From the NCBI GenBank assembly GCA_021787205.1, contig JAJYME010000007.1, positions 74,334 through 138,333 of the forward strand: a stretch of 64,000 nucleotides of DNA, in the 5' to 3' direction. The DNA comes from a bacterium (GTDB taxonomy: Bacteria > Patescibacteriota > Minisyncoccia > UBA6257 > Colwellbacteraceae). The stretch's first letter is position 1. Every line of letters begins with the position of its first letter. The position numbers and the translations under genes were made by a program. This document shows, piece by piece, positions 29,532 through 39,738 of the stretch. Under the pieces are notes generated by a model, which saw only the letters and a list, made by a program, of their open reading frames with translations, was not told the DNA's origin and ran no database searches.

Positions 29532-29843
29532 CTAAACAGTCTCCTTATATTCCTTCAACTCCCTTGCTAAAACCTCTTTCACCTCATCGATTGCCGCGTG
29601 CAAATCCTCATGCGTTTTTTCAACTCTCAATACTTTCTTAGGAACGCCAAGATTAGCTTCGGCATAAAAGACTTCCCCCTTGCTGTGATGCATATTCATT
29701 TTTCCAACTTCAAAATCGAGAAGAATAGCCCCATCAAGATCAAGGTCTCCTAAAAGCTTTTGGATGTAGTTCATTTTTTCTTCAATGTATCCCTTGATTG
29801 ACGGAGTCAAATCAAAATTTTTTGCTTTGATGTTAATCTTCAT
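29532..29843 (-). CDS. raiA: Ribosome hibernation factor (HPF/RaiA)
   Basis: MKINIKAKNFDLTPSIKGYIEEK...DLHAAIDEV; upstream of secA. Confidence 0.9.
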   Translation of the reverse strand: MKINIKAKNFDLTPSIKGYIEEKMNYIQKLLGDLDLDGAILLDFEVGKMNMHHSKGEVFYAEANLGVPKKVLRVEKTHEDLHAAIDEVKEVLARELKEYKETV

Positions 29844-29903
29844 AATTTCATTATAGCAAAACCAAAAAATCACGGCAAAAACCGTGATTTGATTTGGGTA
29901 AAA

Positions 29904-31322
29904 TTACAGATTTTCATAGTACTTTCCAAGAGCAAACAAATCGCGATCATGGAAATGAGGAGCGATGAGCTGGAAATCAACCGGCATCGAGGCATCCCTG
30001 CCTTTGACTGGAACCACTATTCCCGGAAGACCAGCCAGGTTTACAGGCATAGTGAGAATGTCAGAAAGATACATCTTCATGGCGTCGTCAGTCCTCTCTC
30101 CGATCTTGAAGGCGGTCGTAGGAGAAGTCGGGGAAAATATATAGTCAACCTCCTTGAAGGCTTCTGTGAAATCCTTTCTTATCAAAGCTCTCACCTTCTG
30201 GGCCTTGGTGTAATAAGCGTCATAGTGGCCGGCCGACAAGACAAAAGATCCCATGAGGGCGCGTCTTTTTGTTTCTTCTCCGAATCCCTCACCTCTGGTC
30301 TTCATATATAAGTCAAAAAGATTGCTAGCTTCGACATCCCTGGCGTATCTGATGCCATCGTACCTCTCAAGATTGGTCGAAACTTCAGCAAACATAATGA
30401 TGTAATAGACGGAGAGGGCATATTTTGAATGGGGCAAGGAAATCTCCTTGAACTTGAAACCCTTGTTTTTCAATTCGTCGATAGTGACTTGGATAGCGCT
30501 TTCCGTTTCTTTATCCAACCCCCCGACAAAGTATTCTTTGGGCAAACCGATAGTGATATCAGAAGGGTTGCTGAGATTGATAGCCTCAACATCCTTATCA
30601 ACAGAAGTGGAATCACGCCCATCCTTCCCTCTCAAGGCCGAATATATCATTTCAGCATCCTCAACGGTCTTGGCAAACGGTCCGACTTGGTCAAGACTCG
30701 AGGCCATTGCCATCACGCCAAATCGGGAGACTTGGCCGTAAGTCGGCTTCATGCCGACAACGCCGCAAAAAGAGGCTGGCAAACGGATTGAACCGCCCGT
30801 ATCCGATCCCAGGGCTCCAAGAGCCATATTTGAGGCAACAGCGGCAGCGGAGCCGCCAGAAGAACCGCCAGCTACGCATTCCAGATTCCAGGGGTTCTTT
30901 GTGACCCCATAAGCCGAGTTTTCGGTGGAAGAACCCATAGCAAATTCATCCATGTTGGCGCGGCCGAGGATGTTCACCCCCTCCGCTTCTAACTTTTTGG
31001 TGACGGTAGCATCATAAGCGGCTCGATAATTGGCAAGGATCTTTGAACCCGAGGAGGCAATCTGCCCCTCGATCAAAATATTGTCCTTGAAAGCCATCGG
31101 AACCCCCTCCAAAGAACCGAGGTCGCGTTTGGAGGCAATTTTCTTATCGCTCTCCGCCGCTTTTTCCAAAGCTCTTTCGTTAAAAGTCTCAAGATAGACA
31201 TTAAGGAGAGGATTGTTCTCCTTAATATTTTTAAGATATTCCTCGGTCGCCTCCCTGACTGAGAAATCCCCGTTTCTCAGGCCGTCCTTGAATTTTCTGA
31301 TTGTTAAATCCTTTATATCCAT
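29904..31322 (-). CDS. gatA: Asp/Glu-tRNA amidotransferase subunit A
   Basis: NMDEFAMGSSTENS, GGSSGGSAAAV, GSDTGGSIRLPASFCG amidase signature. Confidence 0.97.
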   Translation of the reverse strand: MDIKDLTIRKFKDGLRNGDFSVREATEEYLKNIKENNPLLNVYLETFNERALEKAAESDKKIASKRDLGSLEGVPMAFKDNILIEGQIASSGSKILANYRAAYDATVTKKLEAEGVNILGRANMDEFAMGSSTENSAYGVTKNPWNLECVAGGSSGGSAAAVASNMALGALGSDTGGSIRLPASFCGVVGMKPTYGQVSRFGVMAMASSLDQVGPFAKTVEDAEMIYSALRGKDGRDSTSVDKDVEAINLSNPSDITIGLPKEYFVGGLDKETESAIQVTIDELKNKGFKFKEISLPHSKYALSVYYIIMFAEVSTNLERYDGIRYARDVEASNLFDLYMKTRGEGFGEETKRRALMGSFVLSAGHYDAYYTKAQKVRALIRKDFTEAFKEVDYIFSPTSPTTAFKIGERTDDAMKMYLSDILTMPVNLAGLPGIVVPVKGRDASMPVDFQLIAPHFHDRDLFALGKYYENL

Positions 31323-31330
31323 ATTAGAAA

Positions 31331-31630
31331 TTATTTTTCTCTCACAGCCGGGACTTCCAGATAATTGTCCTTTGTCTCCGGAAAATCCGAATAGCCCTTT
31401 CCCTGCAGATCATTGTCGGAATCGTCCTCCCTGACGATGTTCTGAAGTTCTCCGCCGCCATAGACGGGGGAAACATTATCGGTGTCCACTTGTTGCAATT
31501 CATCAAAGTGGCGCAAAAGGTTTTCAGCATCACGAAGCAACCTCTCCGCTTGCTGTTCCGAGGAAATTTCGATTCTCGTCAAACGAGACAGATGATTTAA
31601 TGTTTCTTTATCTATCGGATTCTTATCCAT
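31331..31630 (-). CDS. gatC: Asp/Glu-tRNA amidotransferase subunit C
   Basis: HLSRLTRI, LQQVDTDNV, REDD, YLEVPAV; upstream of gatA. Confidence 0.9.
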   Translation of the reverse strand: MDKNPIDKETLNHLSRLTRIEISSEQQAERLLRDAENLLRHFDELQQVDTDNVSPVYGGGELQNIVREDDSDNDLQGKGYSDFPETKDNYLEVPAVREK

Positions 31631-31721
31631 TCCCTAAAAATACCATTTTTTGCCTATTTTTACAAACAAAAAACCGTTTTCTAAAGATTGAAAACGGTTG
31701 TCTTAAATTAATGCAAAAACT

Positions 31722-32000
31722 TCAGTTTTTCTCTTCGTATCGTCCGACGATACGTTTAATTCCGATCTTAGACCCATTGATTTCTACCTCTTCTTTCTCT
31801 CTCATCCCGACAATCCTGGATATCGGATTGCCGCGCCCAGTGACAATCAAGTCTTTTCCTTCGTATTCCTCAAACCTTTTATCATTCCCTGGCTTGTCTA
31901 AAACAACAATGTAAAAACCATCTTCGTCGCCACCCCTGTCAACTGAGACAATCTCAATTATCAGGCCGACTTCAACTGTTTTAGCCAAGACCTCACACAT
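31722..32000 (-). CDS. Small protein resembling an isolated GreA/GreB C-terminal domain
   Basis: VEVGLIIEI...NPISRIVGMREKEEVEING resembles Gre CTD; strong GGAGGTGA SD before ATG 32000. Confidence 0.5.
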   Translation of the reverse strand: MCEVLAKTVEVGLIIEIVSVDRGGDEDGFYIVVLDKPGNDKRFEEYEGKDLIVTGRGNPISRIVGMREKEEVEINGSKIGIKRIVGRYEEKN

Positions 32001-32117
32001 ACCAATCACCTCCCCTCTTTGCATAAATTGGATATGTTCTCCAATTCTTTTAACACAAAAGAATATCCGCGTCAAAGACGCGGATATTCTTATCTCCAGG
32101 CTAACCTAGCCGGTTCT

Positions 32118-34154
32118 CTATTTTTCCTGACCTATTAATTTCATAAACCCTTCTTCGGAAAGAATCGCAATGCCGAGTTCCCTAGCTCGATCGGCCTTGC
32201 TCCCGGGGTTCTCGCCAACGACGACATAATCAGTCTTCTTACTTACCGACTCCGACGTCTTTCCGCCAAGCTCTCTGATTTTTTCTTTTATCTCTTCCCT
32301 CTCAAAATTAAGAAGGGTGCCTGTGACGACAAAGGTCTTCCCATCAAGCTTTCCGCTAGAGGATTGTCTCTCATGCCAAATAATCACTCCGGCCTTGTCC
32401 AATCTTTCCATCAATTCCTTATTCTCTCCATCGGCAAACCAATCCTCAATTCCCTTCGAGATTTTTTCCCCGATATCTTCAAGAGAAACAAAATCAGCGG
32501 ATGTCTTTCCTCCAAAAAACTCCCAGACCTCCATCGGCCTGATATTCTTGCTGTCCTTGTATTCCTTGGCGAGAGTTCTTGCCGTCTCCACTCCAACCTG
32601 AGGAATCCCCAAAGAATAAATGAACCTCTCCAAGGAAACCCGGGATTTTTCCCTTACTTCGTTCACGATTTTTTCGGCCGATTTTTCCCCGAAACCATCG
32701 AGAACTTCAATATCCCCCTTATCAAGCTCGAAGATGTCAGCCGCATCCGAAACCAAACCTTCATCCATGAATCGCTCGATGATCTTCGGCCCCATGCCTT
32801 CGATATTGAAAGCAGCCTTGGAGACCAAATGAATCAACTTCTCCTTATGGACAGCGCCACAATTCTTGTTTGAGCAGCGGAAGAAAGCTCCGTCACGGAC
32901 GACCGGCGCTCCGTCAACAGGACAGGAAGTTGGCATATGAATAACCCTCTCTTCTCCCGTTCTTAAATTATCCAAAACGTCGGTGATTTGGGGGATGACA
33001 TCCCCTGCCCGAGAGATAATAACCGTATCGCCAATCTTGAGACCCAGCTTTTCTATCTGGTCCATGTTATGAAGGGTGGCGTGGGTAATCTTGATACCGG
33101 TCAACTCGACTGGGCGCATAATAGCCACCGGGGTCAAGATTCCCGTTCTCCCGACTTGGAATCTGACATCCTCGACAACCGTAGTCGCCTCTTTTGGAGA
33201 AAATTTATAAGCGATCCCGGCTCTCGGAGTCTTACCGACAACTCCCCCATCCTCGTAGACACCGTTATCGTTTGTAATAACGACGATACCGTCAATCTCA
33301 TAATCAAGCCTGTCTCTATTTTTATCGTCTCCCCAAAAATCCCTGAACTTAAAGACTTCCTCCAAGGAATGGACAAGCTTATTGTGCTGATTGGTCTTGA
33401 AACCCCACTCTGCCAGGATTTCGTGTTCTTCGCTATGACTTTCCGTCTCAAGACCGATGACTATGTCATATTCGAACGAATTAAGTTTTCGACTGGCAGT
33501 GACCTTAGGGTCAAGCTGCCTGACCGATCCGGCGGCCACGTTGCGGGGATTGGCATATATCTGCTTACCTTCCTTCTCCTGTTCCCTATTGATTCTCTGA
33601 AACTCACTCTTGTTCAAAAAAACCTCGCCACGAACGACCAGATGTTTCGGAAATTCCCTTTTGCTGCTTTCTAACCTCAAAGGAATGGCTTCGACGGTCC
33701 TGATGTTTTCGGTTATGTCTTCTCCGACATTGCCGTCACCCCTGGTCGCCGCCCTGATCAAGACTCCTTCATCATAAGTAAGCTCAATAGCCAAGCCGTC
33801 TATCTTTAATTCGCAATAAAATTCAGGCTTAAGATTACGTTTCAAATAATTCTCCAGACGCTTGAACCAATCCCTCATATCCATCTCAGAAAAAGCGTCG
33901 TTGAAAGAAAGCATCCTGGACTCATGTTTGGCCTTCTGAAACTCCGGCAGGGCCTCGCCGCCGACTCTTTGGGTCGGAGAATCCGGCGTTATGAATTCAG
34001 GATACTCGGTTTCCAAGTCAAAAAGCTCCTTTTTCAAGGAATCAAGGGCTTGCTCGGAAATGGTAAGTCTGTCGTGCAGATGATACTCCCGGCGATGCTT
34101 CTCGATTTCCCTCTTCAGAAGCTCTATTCTCCCTTTTGCTGATATCTTATCCAT
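32118..34154 (-). CDS. ligA: NAD-dependent DNA ligase
   Basis: ELKIDG, ATRGDG, YANPRNVAAGSVRQLDP, Zn finger, C-terminal BRCT. Confidence 0.98.
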   Translation of the reverse strand: MDKISAKGRIELLKREIEKHRREYHLHDRLTISEQALDSLKKELFDLETEYPEFITPDSPTQRVGGEALPEFQKAKHESRMLSFNDAFSEMDMRDWFKRLENYLKRNLKPEFYCELKIDGLAIELTYDEGVLIRAATRGDGNVGEDITENIRTVEAIPLRLESSKREFPKHLVVRGEVFLNKSEFQRINREQEKEGKQIYANPRNVAAGSVRQLDPKVTASRKLNSFEYDIVIGLETESHSEEHEILAEWGFKTNQHNKLVHSLEEVFKFRDFWGDDKNRDRLDYEIDGIVVITNDNGVYEDGGVVGKTPRAGIAYKFSPKEATTVVEDVRFQVGRTGILTPVAIMRPVELTGIKITHATLHNMDQIEKLGLKIGDTVIISRAGDVIPQITDVLDNLRTGEERVIHMPTSCPVDGAPVVRDGAFFRCSNKNCGAVHKEKLIHLVSKAAFNIEGMGPKIIERFMDEGLVSDAADIFELDKGDIEVLDGFGEKSAEKIVNEVREKSRVSLERFIYSLGIPQVGVETARTLAKEYKDSKNIRPMEVWEFFGGKTSADFVSLEDIGEKISKGIEDWFADGENKELMERLDKAGVIIWHERQSSSGKLDGKTFVVTGTLLNFEREEIKEKIRELGGKTSESVSKKTDYVVVGENPGSKADRARELGIAILSEEGFMKLIGQEK

Positions 34155-34220
34155 TGATCAAATTATAAGCCATTTGGAGCCAAATAAAAAACAAGCCCCG
34201 AGGGCTTGTTTTGATATATC

Positions 34221-34940
34221 TTATCTCTTTACCAAGACGATTCTTCCATTTTTTTGGAGCATATTGCCAAAGGTAGCAAAATTATTATTGACGCTTCCAT
34301 CGCCAATCGCGTAGGCGATTTGAGCCTTGACGGGAATCTCCATCGGTCTTGCAGCGACAACGTAAGTCAGGATATTCTCTCCGGCCGAGAGTGGCGTATA
34401 AATATCACCAGAAAGATCGGTCTTTATGCCGGAAGCAGCGCTCGACATACCGACGTAGATTGATCTCGTGTAAGCCGATTGGTTCAAATCAACCTCCTTA
34501 GCCCAATTAAAAACCTGGGAGACACCGCCAATGACCGTGCATTCACCAGTCGTATAAACCTTGGTATTGTCAACCAAGCCGTTAAAAGTAAGAAAAACCG
34601 TATCCTTGCCCTCGATATTGGCAGCTTCTTCTTTTATCTCAATGGTATTGCCGTTCAAAACAAGGTCGACGGAGGGAAAAAGAAAGGCTTTTTTCCCTGA
34701 TTGGGTTTCGCTCGCAAGCAAAGCTTCCGCCTCTGGCTGGGTCATATAGGTGAAGTACTTATCGATGTCAGCCTGAGTCTTCAAGATGATTTCTTTGCTC
34801 GCGACAGCCTGCTTTACGCTGCCTCGATTCATAATCGGAGACTTAAGAACAAAGTAAACTCCAGTGCCGACAGCCAGCAGGACAAAGATGCCGATGACAG
34901 CGCTTATTATTTTTTTGTTGTCGAGATTATCTTTCTTCAT
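34221..34940 (-). CDS. Membrane-anchored hypothetical protein
   Basis: 239 aa ORF with N-terminal TM helix. Confidence 0.7.
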   Translation of the reverse strand: MKKDNLDNKKIISAVIGIFVLLAVGTGVYFVLKSPIMNRGSVKQAVASKEIILKTQADIDKYFTYMTQPEAEALLASETQSGKKAFLFPSVDLVLNGNTIEIKEEAANIEGKDTVFLTFNGLVDNTKVYTTGECTVIGGVSQVFNWAKEVDLNQSAYTRSIYVGMSSAASGIKTDLSGDIYTPLSAGENILTYVVAARPMEIPVKAQIAYAIGDGSVNNNFATFGNMLQKNGRIVLVKR

Positions 34941-34973
34941 ATTTGATTTATTATAATACTTTTCAAGCTTTTA

Positions 34974-35381
34974 TTAAATTGTTTTCTTTGTGAATCGGAT
35001 ATCAAGAACCCTGGTCGTCTTCCCATTATCGTTGGCGCCCGTTGATGACCAGTCGTCATACATCGGCTGGGAATCAGTCCTTTTGAAACTGAAGCTTCCC
35101 TTCTCGGTAGTTTTTACCACACTGCTGCTCCCGACAATTTGCGGGCAGTAGCCGGAAACGGCGTCATAAGAGGCGTGTCCGAACTCATTAAAGAGAACGC
35201 ACTCTATGCCTGTATCAGCAATAAAGATCGCGTCCATCGTCTGATCGGAGCTGGAGAGATTCCTGAATCCGGAAAGGACAAGAAAGGTGCCAAGAGCCGC
35301 AGCGCCCAAGGCGGCCACCGAAAGCAAGACCACCATCATGACCATCGTCTGTCCGGATATCGATTTTTTGTTTTTTATCAT
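34974..35381 (-). CDS. PilX-like minor pilin
   Basis: SG-QTMVMMVVLL prepilin-like leader lacking Glu5; AIFIADTGIEC motif. Confidence 0.75.
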   Translation of the reverse strand: MIKNKKSISGQTMVMMVVLLSVAALGAAALGTFLVLSGFRNLSSSDQTMDAIFIADTGIECVLFNEFGHASYDAVSGYCPQIVGSSSVVKTTEKGSFSFKRTDSQPMYDDWSSTGANDNGKTTRVLDIRFTKKTI

Positions 35382-35905
35382 AACTTCTTGTAATAAATAA
35401 GCCTCGCGCTGATTGTCGTTTGCGCCCTTTCCAAAACTACGCCTTGACCATTCTTGACTACGATATTAACCACCACTCTCGGCGTCGTCTTATTGCCGCC
35501 GCCACTGTTGTCAGTGACCATAAACCAGCCCTCAGTCGTCAATTCGCTAGTGGTTAATGGATAATCGTTGGTGTCATTGACTATTTTATTGAGTCTTCCG
35601 GCGTTGAATTGATAAGTAATTTTCTCGCCCTTGTAATTGATGAAAGAAAAGCTGTCGACGGCGGAGTAGCTGGGATTAACGCTGTTTAAGAAATCCTTGC
35701 CCGTTCTCACCTCTCTCGCCAATTGTTCCATGACGGTGCTCACATTATCAATGGCAGCCGATTTTTGAGCTGTCAGCTTTGAAGTCTTAATGATCTGGAC
35801 AAAGATAGTGGTTGAAATAACCGTCACTAAGGTAAACAACGACAAAGAGATCATAAGCTCCATAAGGGTAAAACCCTTGATATTAGATTTTTTAATCATC
35901 GCCAA
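35378..35905 (-). CDS. Type IV pilin-like protein (PilW-like)
   Basis: KG-FTLMELMIS prepilin motif; MEQLAREVRTG. Confidence 0.88.
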   Translation of the reverse strand: MAMIKKSNIKGFTLMELMISLSLFTLVTVISTTIFVQIIKTSKLTAQKSAAIDNVSTVMEQLAREVRTGKDFLNSVNPSYSAVDSFSFINYKGEKITYQFNAGRLNKIVNDTNDYPLTTSELTTEGWFMVTDNSGGGNKTTPRVVVNIVVKNGQGVVLERAQTTISARLIYYKKL

Positions 35906-36510
35906 TTGAATAAATAAGTTTCCGTCTTAACTGTCTGCCAGTTTCCCCTTCTGTCTGGCCAGGTGACATAAGAGACCAATCTCAAAGCATTCCCAGAGCT
36001 GACAGATTCGACCCCAACCGCCCTTTTGAATTTGCTTGAAACATTGCTCCCTCCCGTAGCATAACTGTAAAGTCCGCTTACCTTATCATAATTAAGAAAA
36101 GTCATCCCGTTCCTTTCCGCAGAGCTGATTCCATCCGAAGGATCAAAGTTGCCAGGATTAGAGATTCTCTTGCCGCTCGTATTCACGTCCTTGTAATCAA
36201 GCTGGTAATAGTTGCCCACGACCTGAAAATCGGCGTTCCAGTTGGCGCCGTAAGGATCGGACCTAGTGACGGCGTTTCTCAAGCTGCGGCCATCAACGAT
36301 ATTCTTGGCAACCTCTATTCCTTCGGCCGCCAGAAAGGTAGCCGTCGCCCTGTCGCCGACTATTTCCATCCTTCCAAGTGAGGAAACCACGGCACCCAAC
36401 ATGCCTATGACGCCAAAGGTCAGGAGAAGGATAGCGATTACCGCCTCATTAAGGGTTTGTCCTCGCTGCCAATAAATCCTGTCATTTTTTTTATCAAATA
36501 TTCCCTTCAT
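35896..36510 (-). CDS. Type IV pilin-like protein (PilV-like)
   Basis: RG-QTLNEAVIAI prepilin motif; ATFLAAEGIE. Confidence 0.82.
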   Translation of the reverse strand: MKGIFDKKNDRIYWQRGQTLNEAVIAILLLTFGVIGMLGAVVSSLGRMEIVGDRATATFLAAEGIEVAKNIVDGRSLRNAVTRSDPYGANWNADFQVVGNYYQLDYKDVNTSGKRISNPGNFDPSDGISSAERNGMTFLNYDKVSGLYSYATGGSNVSSKFKRAVGVESVSSGNALRLVSYVTWPDRRGNWQTVKTETYLFNWR

Positions 36511-36514
36511 TTAT

Positions 36515-37129
36515 TTATTTTTGAACAGCGTCAATCAAGCCGTATTTATTCAAGATTATTTTCTTTGTCTTTTGAGGGCTCCTTTTCGAATAAACCCCGA
36601 TAGCGACATCGGAATTAATGACACTCCCACCCTTGGAAAAAGTCGCCGTCGGATCGGGAGGAGTATAAACAATGCTGGTCGCGCAAGATCCCGCGGTGAA
36701 ATTGGAGTCCATATTGGCCCAGTTAGCTCCATAAAAACAAGCCAAATCGATTCCCGATTCCCCGACGAAAGTATCAGTAGAAGTGTTTAATAACTGGTCG
36801 GCTACATCATAGCGTCCGACACTGCCTCCCGAAGCGCAACTCCCGCCCGATTGCTTATCTATAAAGATAGTCGCCTTGCGGGAAGCGGTATCGATATAGA
36901 CCCCATATCCGCAGAAGGCGCCGTTTGCAGAAACGCTGTTCATTGCCAGAGTCTTGGCTCGAAAGAAAAGGCTTCTAAGCTTTTCGTGCTGGATAGAGAG
37001 CGACAAGTTTTCATTCCTGGCTTTGGTCGAAAGACCGGCAATGGCCACGATGACTGAGATGATCAGAATAACCATCATCATTTCAATCAAAGTAAATCCC
37101 CCGATTATCCCCTTCTTGTTTTGCCTCAT
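36515..37129 (-). CDS. Type IV pilin-like protein (FimT/FimU-like)
   Basis: GG-FTLIEMMMVI prepilin motif; start set at ATG 37129. Confidence 0.88.
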   Translation of the reverse strand: MRQNKKGIIGGFTLIEMMMVILIISVIVAIAGLSTKARNENLSLSIQHEKLRSLFFRAKTLAMNSVSANGAFCGYGVYIDTASRKATIFIDKQSGGSCASGGSVGRYDVADQLLNTSTDTFVGESGIDLACFYGANWANMDSNFTAGSCATSIVYTPPDPTATFSKGGSVINSDVAIGVYSKRSPQKTKKIILNKYGLIDAVQK

Positions 37130-37203
37130 TGGAATAATTATAACCCAAAACGGGGAAAGACAAAAAAACAACATGAGTTAACATGTTGTTTTTTTGCATT
37201 CAG

Positions 37204-37914
37204 TTATTTGCTAAGGTCAGAAATGATTTGTTGGACTCTCTCCTTGGGATAAGCTCCATCAATGGTTCCTTTAGCCTCGCCATTCACGACGACGACCGCA
37301 AAAGGAGTTCCTTGAAGCCCGGATTCCTGGCCATTCGCGGCTTGCTCCTTGATTTTCTGATCATAAGAAGCCTTGTCGCAAGAGGAGATATTGGCACCGG
37401 ACTTGGAAGCGACAGCCGCAAGATCGATCTTAGCACCTTCTGATTTGTCATAGGCAGCGAAGGTATTGTCGACAAACTTCCAATAAGCGCTGTCTCCGCC
37501 CTTGGCATAGACACACTCAGCCGATTCGGCGGCTTCTTGAGCTTGGGGATGGAACGGCAGAGGGAAATAGCGGAGGACTAATGCGATCTCGCCATTTGAC
37601 TCATCAACAATGTTCTTGATAATCGGATGGAACTTCGAGCAATAAGGGCATTCGAGGTCAGTGTAAGCGACAACTTTAATCTTGGCCTTCTTGTTGCCAT
37701 AGATATGGTCTTGAGAGGTAATCTTGGCAACGTTCAGATAGGCCTTGCTCTCAGGTTGCTGGCCCTGCTGCTGATCCTGTGGCTGACCTTGTTGCTGATT
37801 GCCCGCAACGTTGTTCCCCTTATTAGCGTACAAAACGGCGGCGCCCACCAAAGCTCCCGCGATAATGATCGAAATGGGAACTAAAAGTTTCTCTAATTTC
37901 AATGAATCCTTCAT
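37204..37914 (-). CDS. DsbA-family thiol-disulfide oxidoreductase
   Basis: YTDLECPYC, RYFPLPFH, GLQGTP; N-terminal anchor. Confidence 0.92.
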   Translation of the reverse strand: MKDSLKLEKLLVPISIIIAGALVGAAVLYANKGNNVAGNQQQGQPQDQQQGQQPESKAYLNVAKITSQDHIYGNKKAKIKVVAYTDLECPYCSKFHPIIKNIVDESNGEIALVLRYFPLPFHPQAQEAAESAECVYAKGGDSAYWKFVDNTFAAYDKSEGAKIDLAAVASKSGANISSCDKASYDQKIKEQAANGQESGLQGTPFAVVVVNGEAKGTIDGAYPKERVQQIISDLSK

Positions 37915-37985
37915 GATTTGCTAATTATAGCACAAAACATTTTCAAGAAAAACAAAAAACGGCGAGTTGCCGTTTTTTATCTTGC

Positions 37986-38198
37986 TTATCTCTTTACGAA
38001 AGGAAGCAAAGCCATAAATCTTGCTCTTTTGACAGCTTGCGCGAGTTTGCGCTGATGCTTGGCGCAAGTTCCGGTGTGCTTAGGATCGATGATCTTAGCT
38101 TGTCCGGAGACGAAGCGCTTTAACAAGTCAACTTCTTTGTAGTCGATGTCAATCAAATTCTGAGAGCAGAAATAACACTGTTTTTCTGTAATCTTCAT
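37986..38198 (-). CDS. rpsR: 30S ribosomal protein S18
   Basis: [27 protein letters not shown]. Confidence 0.97.
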   Translation of the reverse strand: MKITEKQCYFCSQNLIDIDYKEVDLLKRFVSGQAKIIDPKHTGTCAKHQRKLAQAVKRARFMALLPFVKR

Positions 38199-38211
38199 TT
38201 TATTTTATTTA

Positions 38212-38688
38212 TTAAAACGGTAAATCTTCCGGACGGATATCCAAGACATCGTCTTCGATTTCAATGACGGGAACATCTTCTTTTCCTTCAGTTTTAGCAT
38301 TTGAGCCGAAGCTGTTGTTTGAGGAGGATGATCTTTCGTAGCTGCCTCCACCCTGATTAGCAGAGCGAGGACCAAGCTGCAAAGATTCTCCCATTATTTC
38401 CGTCACGTACCTCTTGCTTCCGTCTTTGGCTTCATAACTCCTGGTCTGGAGCCTGCCCTCGACTAAAACAAGAGAACCCTTGGTCAAGAATTGGCTAGCG
38501 ACGTCAGCCTGCCTTCCGAAAAAGACGACATTGTGAAATTCGCTGGCTTCCTTCTTTTGTCCGGATTTGTCGGTCCACACTCTGTTGGTAGCGATGCTGA
38601 AGCTCGTTACCCGCTCTCCGCTAGTGGTCGTCCTGGTTTCAGGATCGGCCGTAACTCTGCCAAGTATGAAAACCTTGTTAAGATTCAT
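38212..38688 (-). CDS. ssb: Single-stranded DNA-binding protein
   Basis: LNKVFILGR, VEGRLQTRSY, acidic tail DLPF. Confidence 0.97.
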   Translation of the reverse strand: MNLNKVFILGRVTADPETRTTTSGERVTSFSIATNRVWTDKSGQKKEASEFHNVVFFGRQADVASQFLTKGSLVLVEGRLQTRSYEAKDGSKRYVTEIMGESLQLGPRSANQGGGSYERSSSSNNSFGSNAKTEGKEDVPVIEIEDDVLDIRPEDLPF

Positions 38689-38697
38689 AAGTTTTTA

Positions 38698-39105
38698 TTA
38701 TCCTAAAATTTCTTGAAGCTTTTCATCAAGAGAATTGTCATCGACCGGAGCGGACTTAACTTCCGCTTCTGTTTCCTTCTTTTCAGCCTTAGGCGCTTCC
38801 TCGGAAGCGAAAGACTTGGTGGGTTTGGCAGGAACCGGAGTGACGATCAAAGATCGCAAAACTCCTTCGGCAAACCTTAATTTTTTCTCTATCTCGGGCG
38901 CCTTCTCGGGCAAAGCCGAAAAGACAATCGAGCCAAAGAAAGCGGAAGTCTGCTTGTTGATGGGATAGGCCAATCTGATTTCGGCATATCTTCCTTCGGA
39001 AAGGATTTCTCCTTGCGCTCCCGCAATGACCGCCTTGACGGTCTCTTTATCGCCCTCTCTGAGGGTCAAAAAAGATATTTCGTATTGTCTCGTACCTTCT
39101 AACAT
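38698..39105 (-). CDS. rpsF: 30S ribosomal protein S6
   Basis: YEISFL, RLAYPINK, VLRSLIV; rpsF-ssb-rpsR order. Confidence 0.93.
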   Translation of the reverse strand: MLEGTRQYEISFLTLREGDKETVKAVIAGAQGEILSEGRYAEIRLAYPINKQTSAFFGSIVFSALPEKAPEIEKKLRFAEGVLRSLIVTPVPAKPTKSFASEEAPKAEKKETEAEVKSAPVDDNSLDEKLQEILG

Positions 39106-39234
39106 ACGTCTGTTATTCTGCCAGAAAATGGAGGAAAAGTCAATTCGGGCAATCCCGCCAAATTGGCGGGATTTTTTGGTTTTTTATTTCTCCGTATAAA
39201 GGCAACGAACAAAAAATCGCCGATTTCTCGGCGA

Positions 39235-39693
39235 TTAATTGATAGAGATGATTTTGTATTTTATCTCACCCGCTGGGGCGGAAACGACGGCGATGTCGCC
39301 GACTTTCTTTCCCACTAAGGCCTTTCCGATCGGAGATTCGTTAGAAATCAATCCTTCCTCGGGTTTGGCTTCGGATGAGCCGACAATGGAAAACTTCTTG
39401 GTCTTCTTATTGACCTCGACTTCCACTTCGGAACCGATATCGACAAAGTCGGATCGTCCTCCTTTCTGGATGACGCTGGCGTTCTTGATTATATCTTCAA
39501 GTTCGTCGATCCTGTCTTCGATGTCGGATTGCTCTTCCCTGGCGCTGTCATATTCCGCGTTCTCAGAGAGATCTCCGTATTCCTTGGCGCGCTTCAAGCG
39601 CTCCGCGACTTCGATTCTCTTCGTAGTTTTCAGATCCTCCAGCTCGGCTTTCAGGTCAATCAATCTCTGTTCCGATAAATAATACTTCTTCAT
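39235..39693 (-). CDS. greA: Transcription elongation factor GreA
   Basis: GDLSENAEYDSAREEQ, ISNESPIGKAL. Confidence 0.97.
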   Translation of the reverse strand: MKKYYLSEQRLIDLKAELEDLKTTKRIEVAERLKRAKEYGDLSENAEYDSAREEQSDIEDRIDELEDIIKNASVIQKGGRSDFVDIGSEVEVEVNKKTKKFSIVGSSEAKPEEGLISNESPIGKALVGKKVGDIAVVSAPAGEIKYKIISIN

Positions 39694-39738
39694 AAAATTA
39701 TATTGATTATTCCCGCCATTAGGACGGGAATAATTGTT

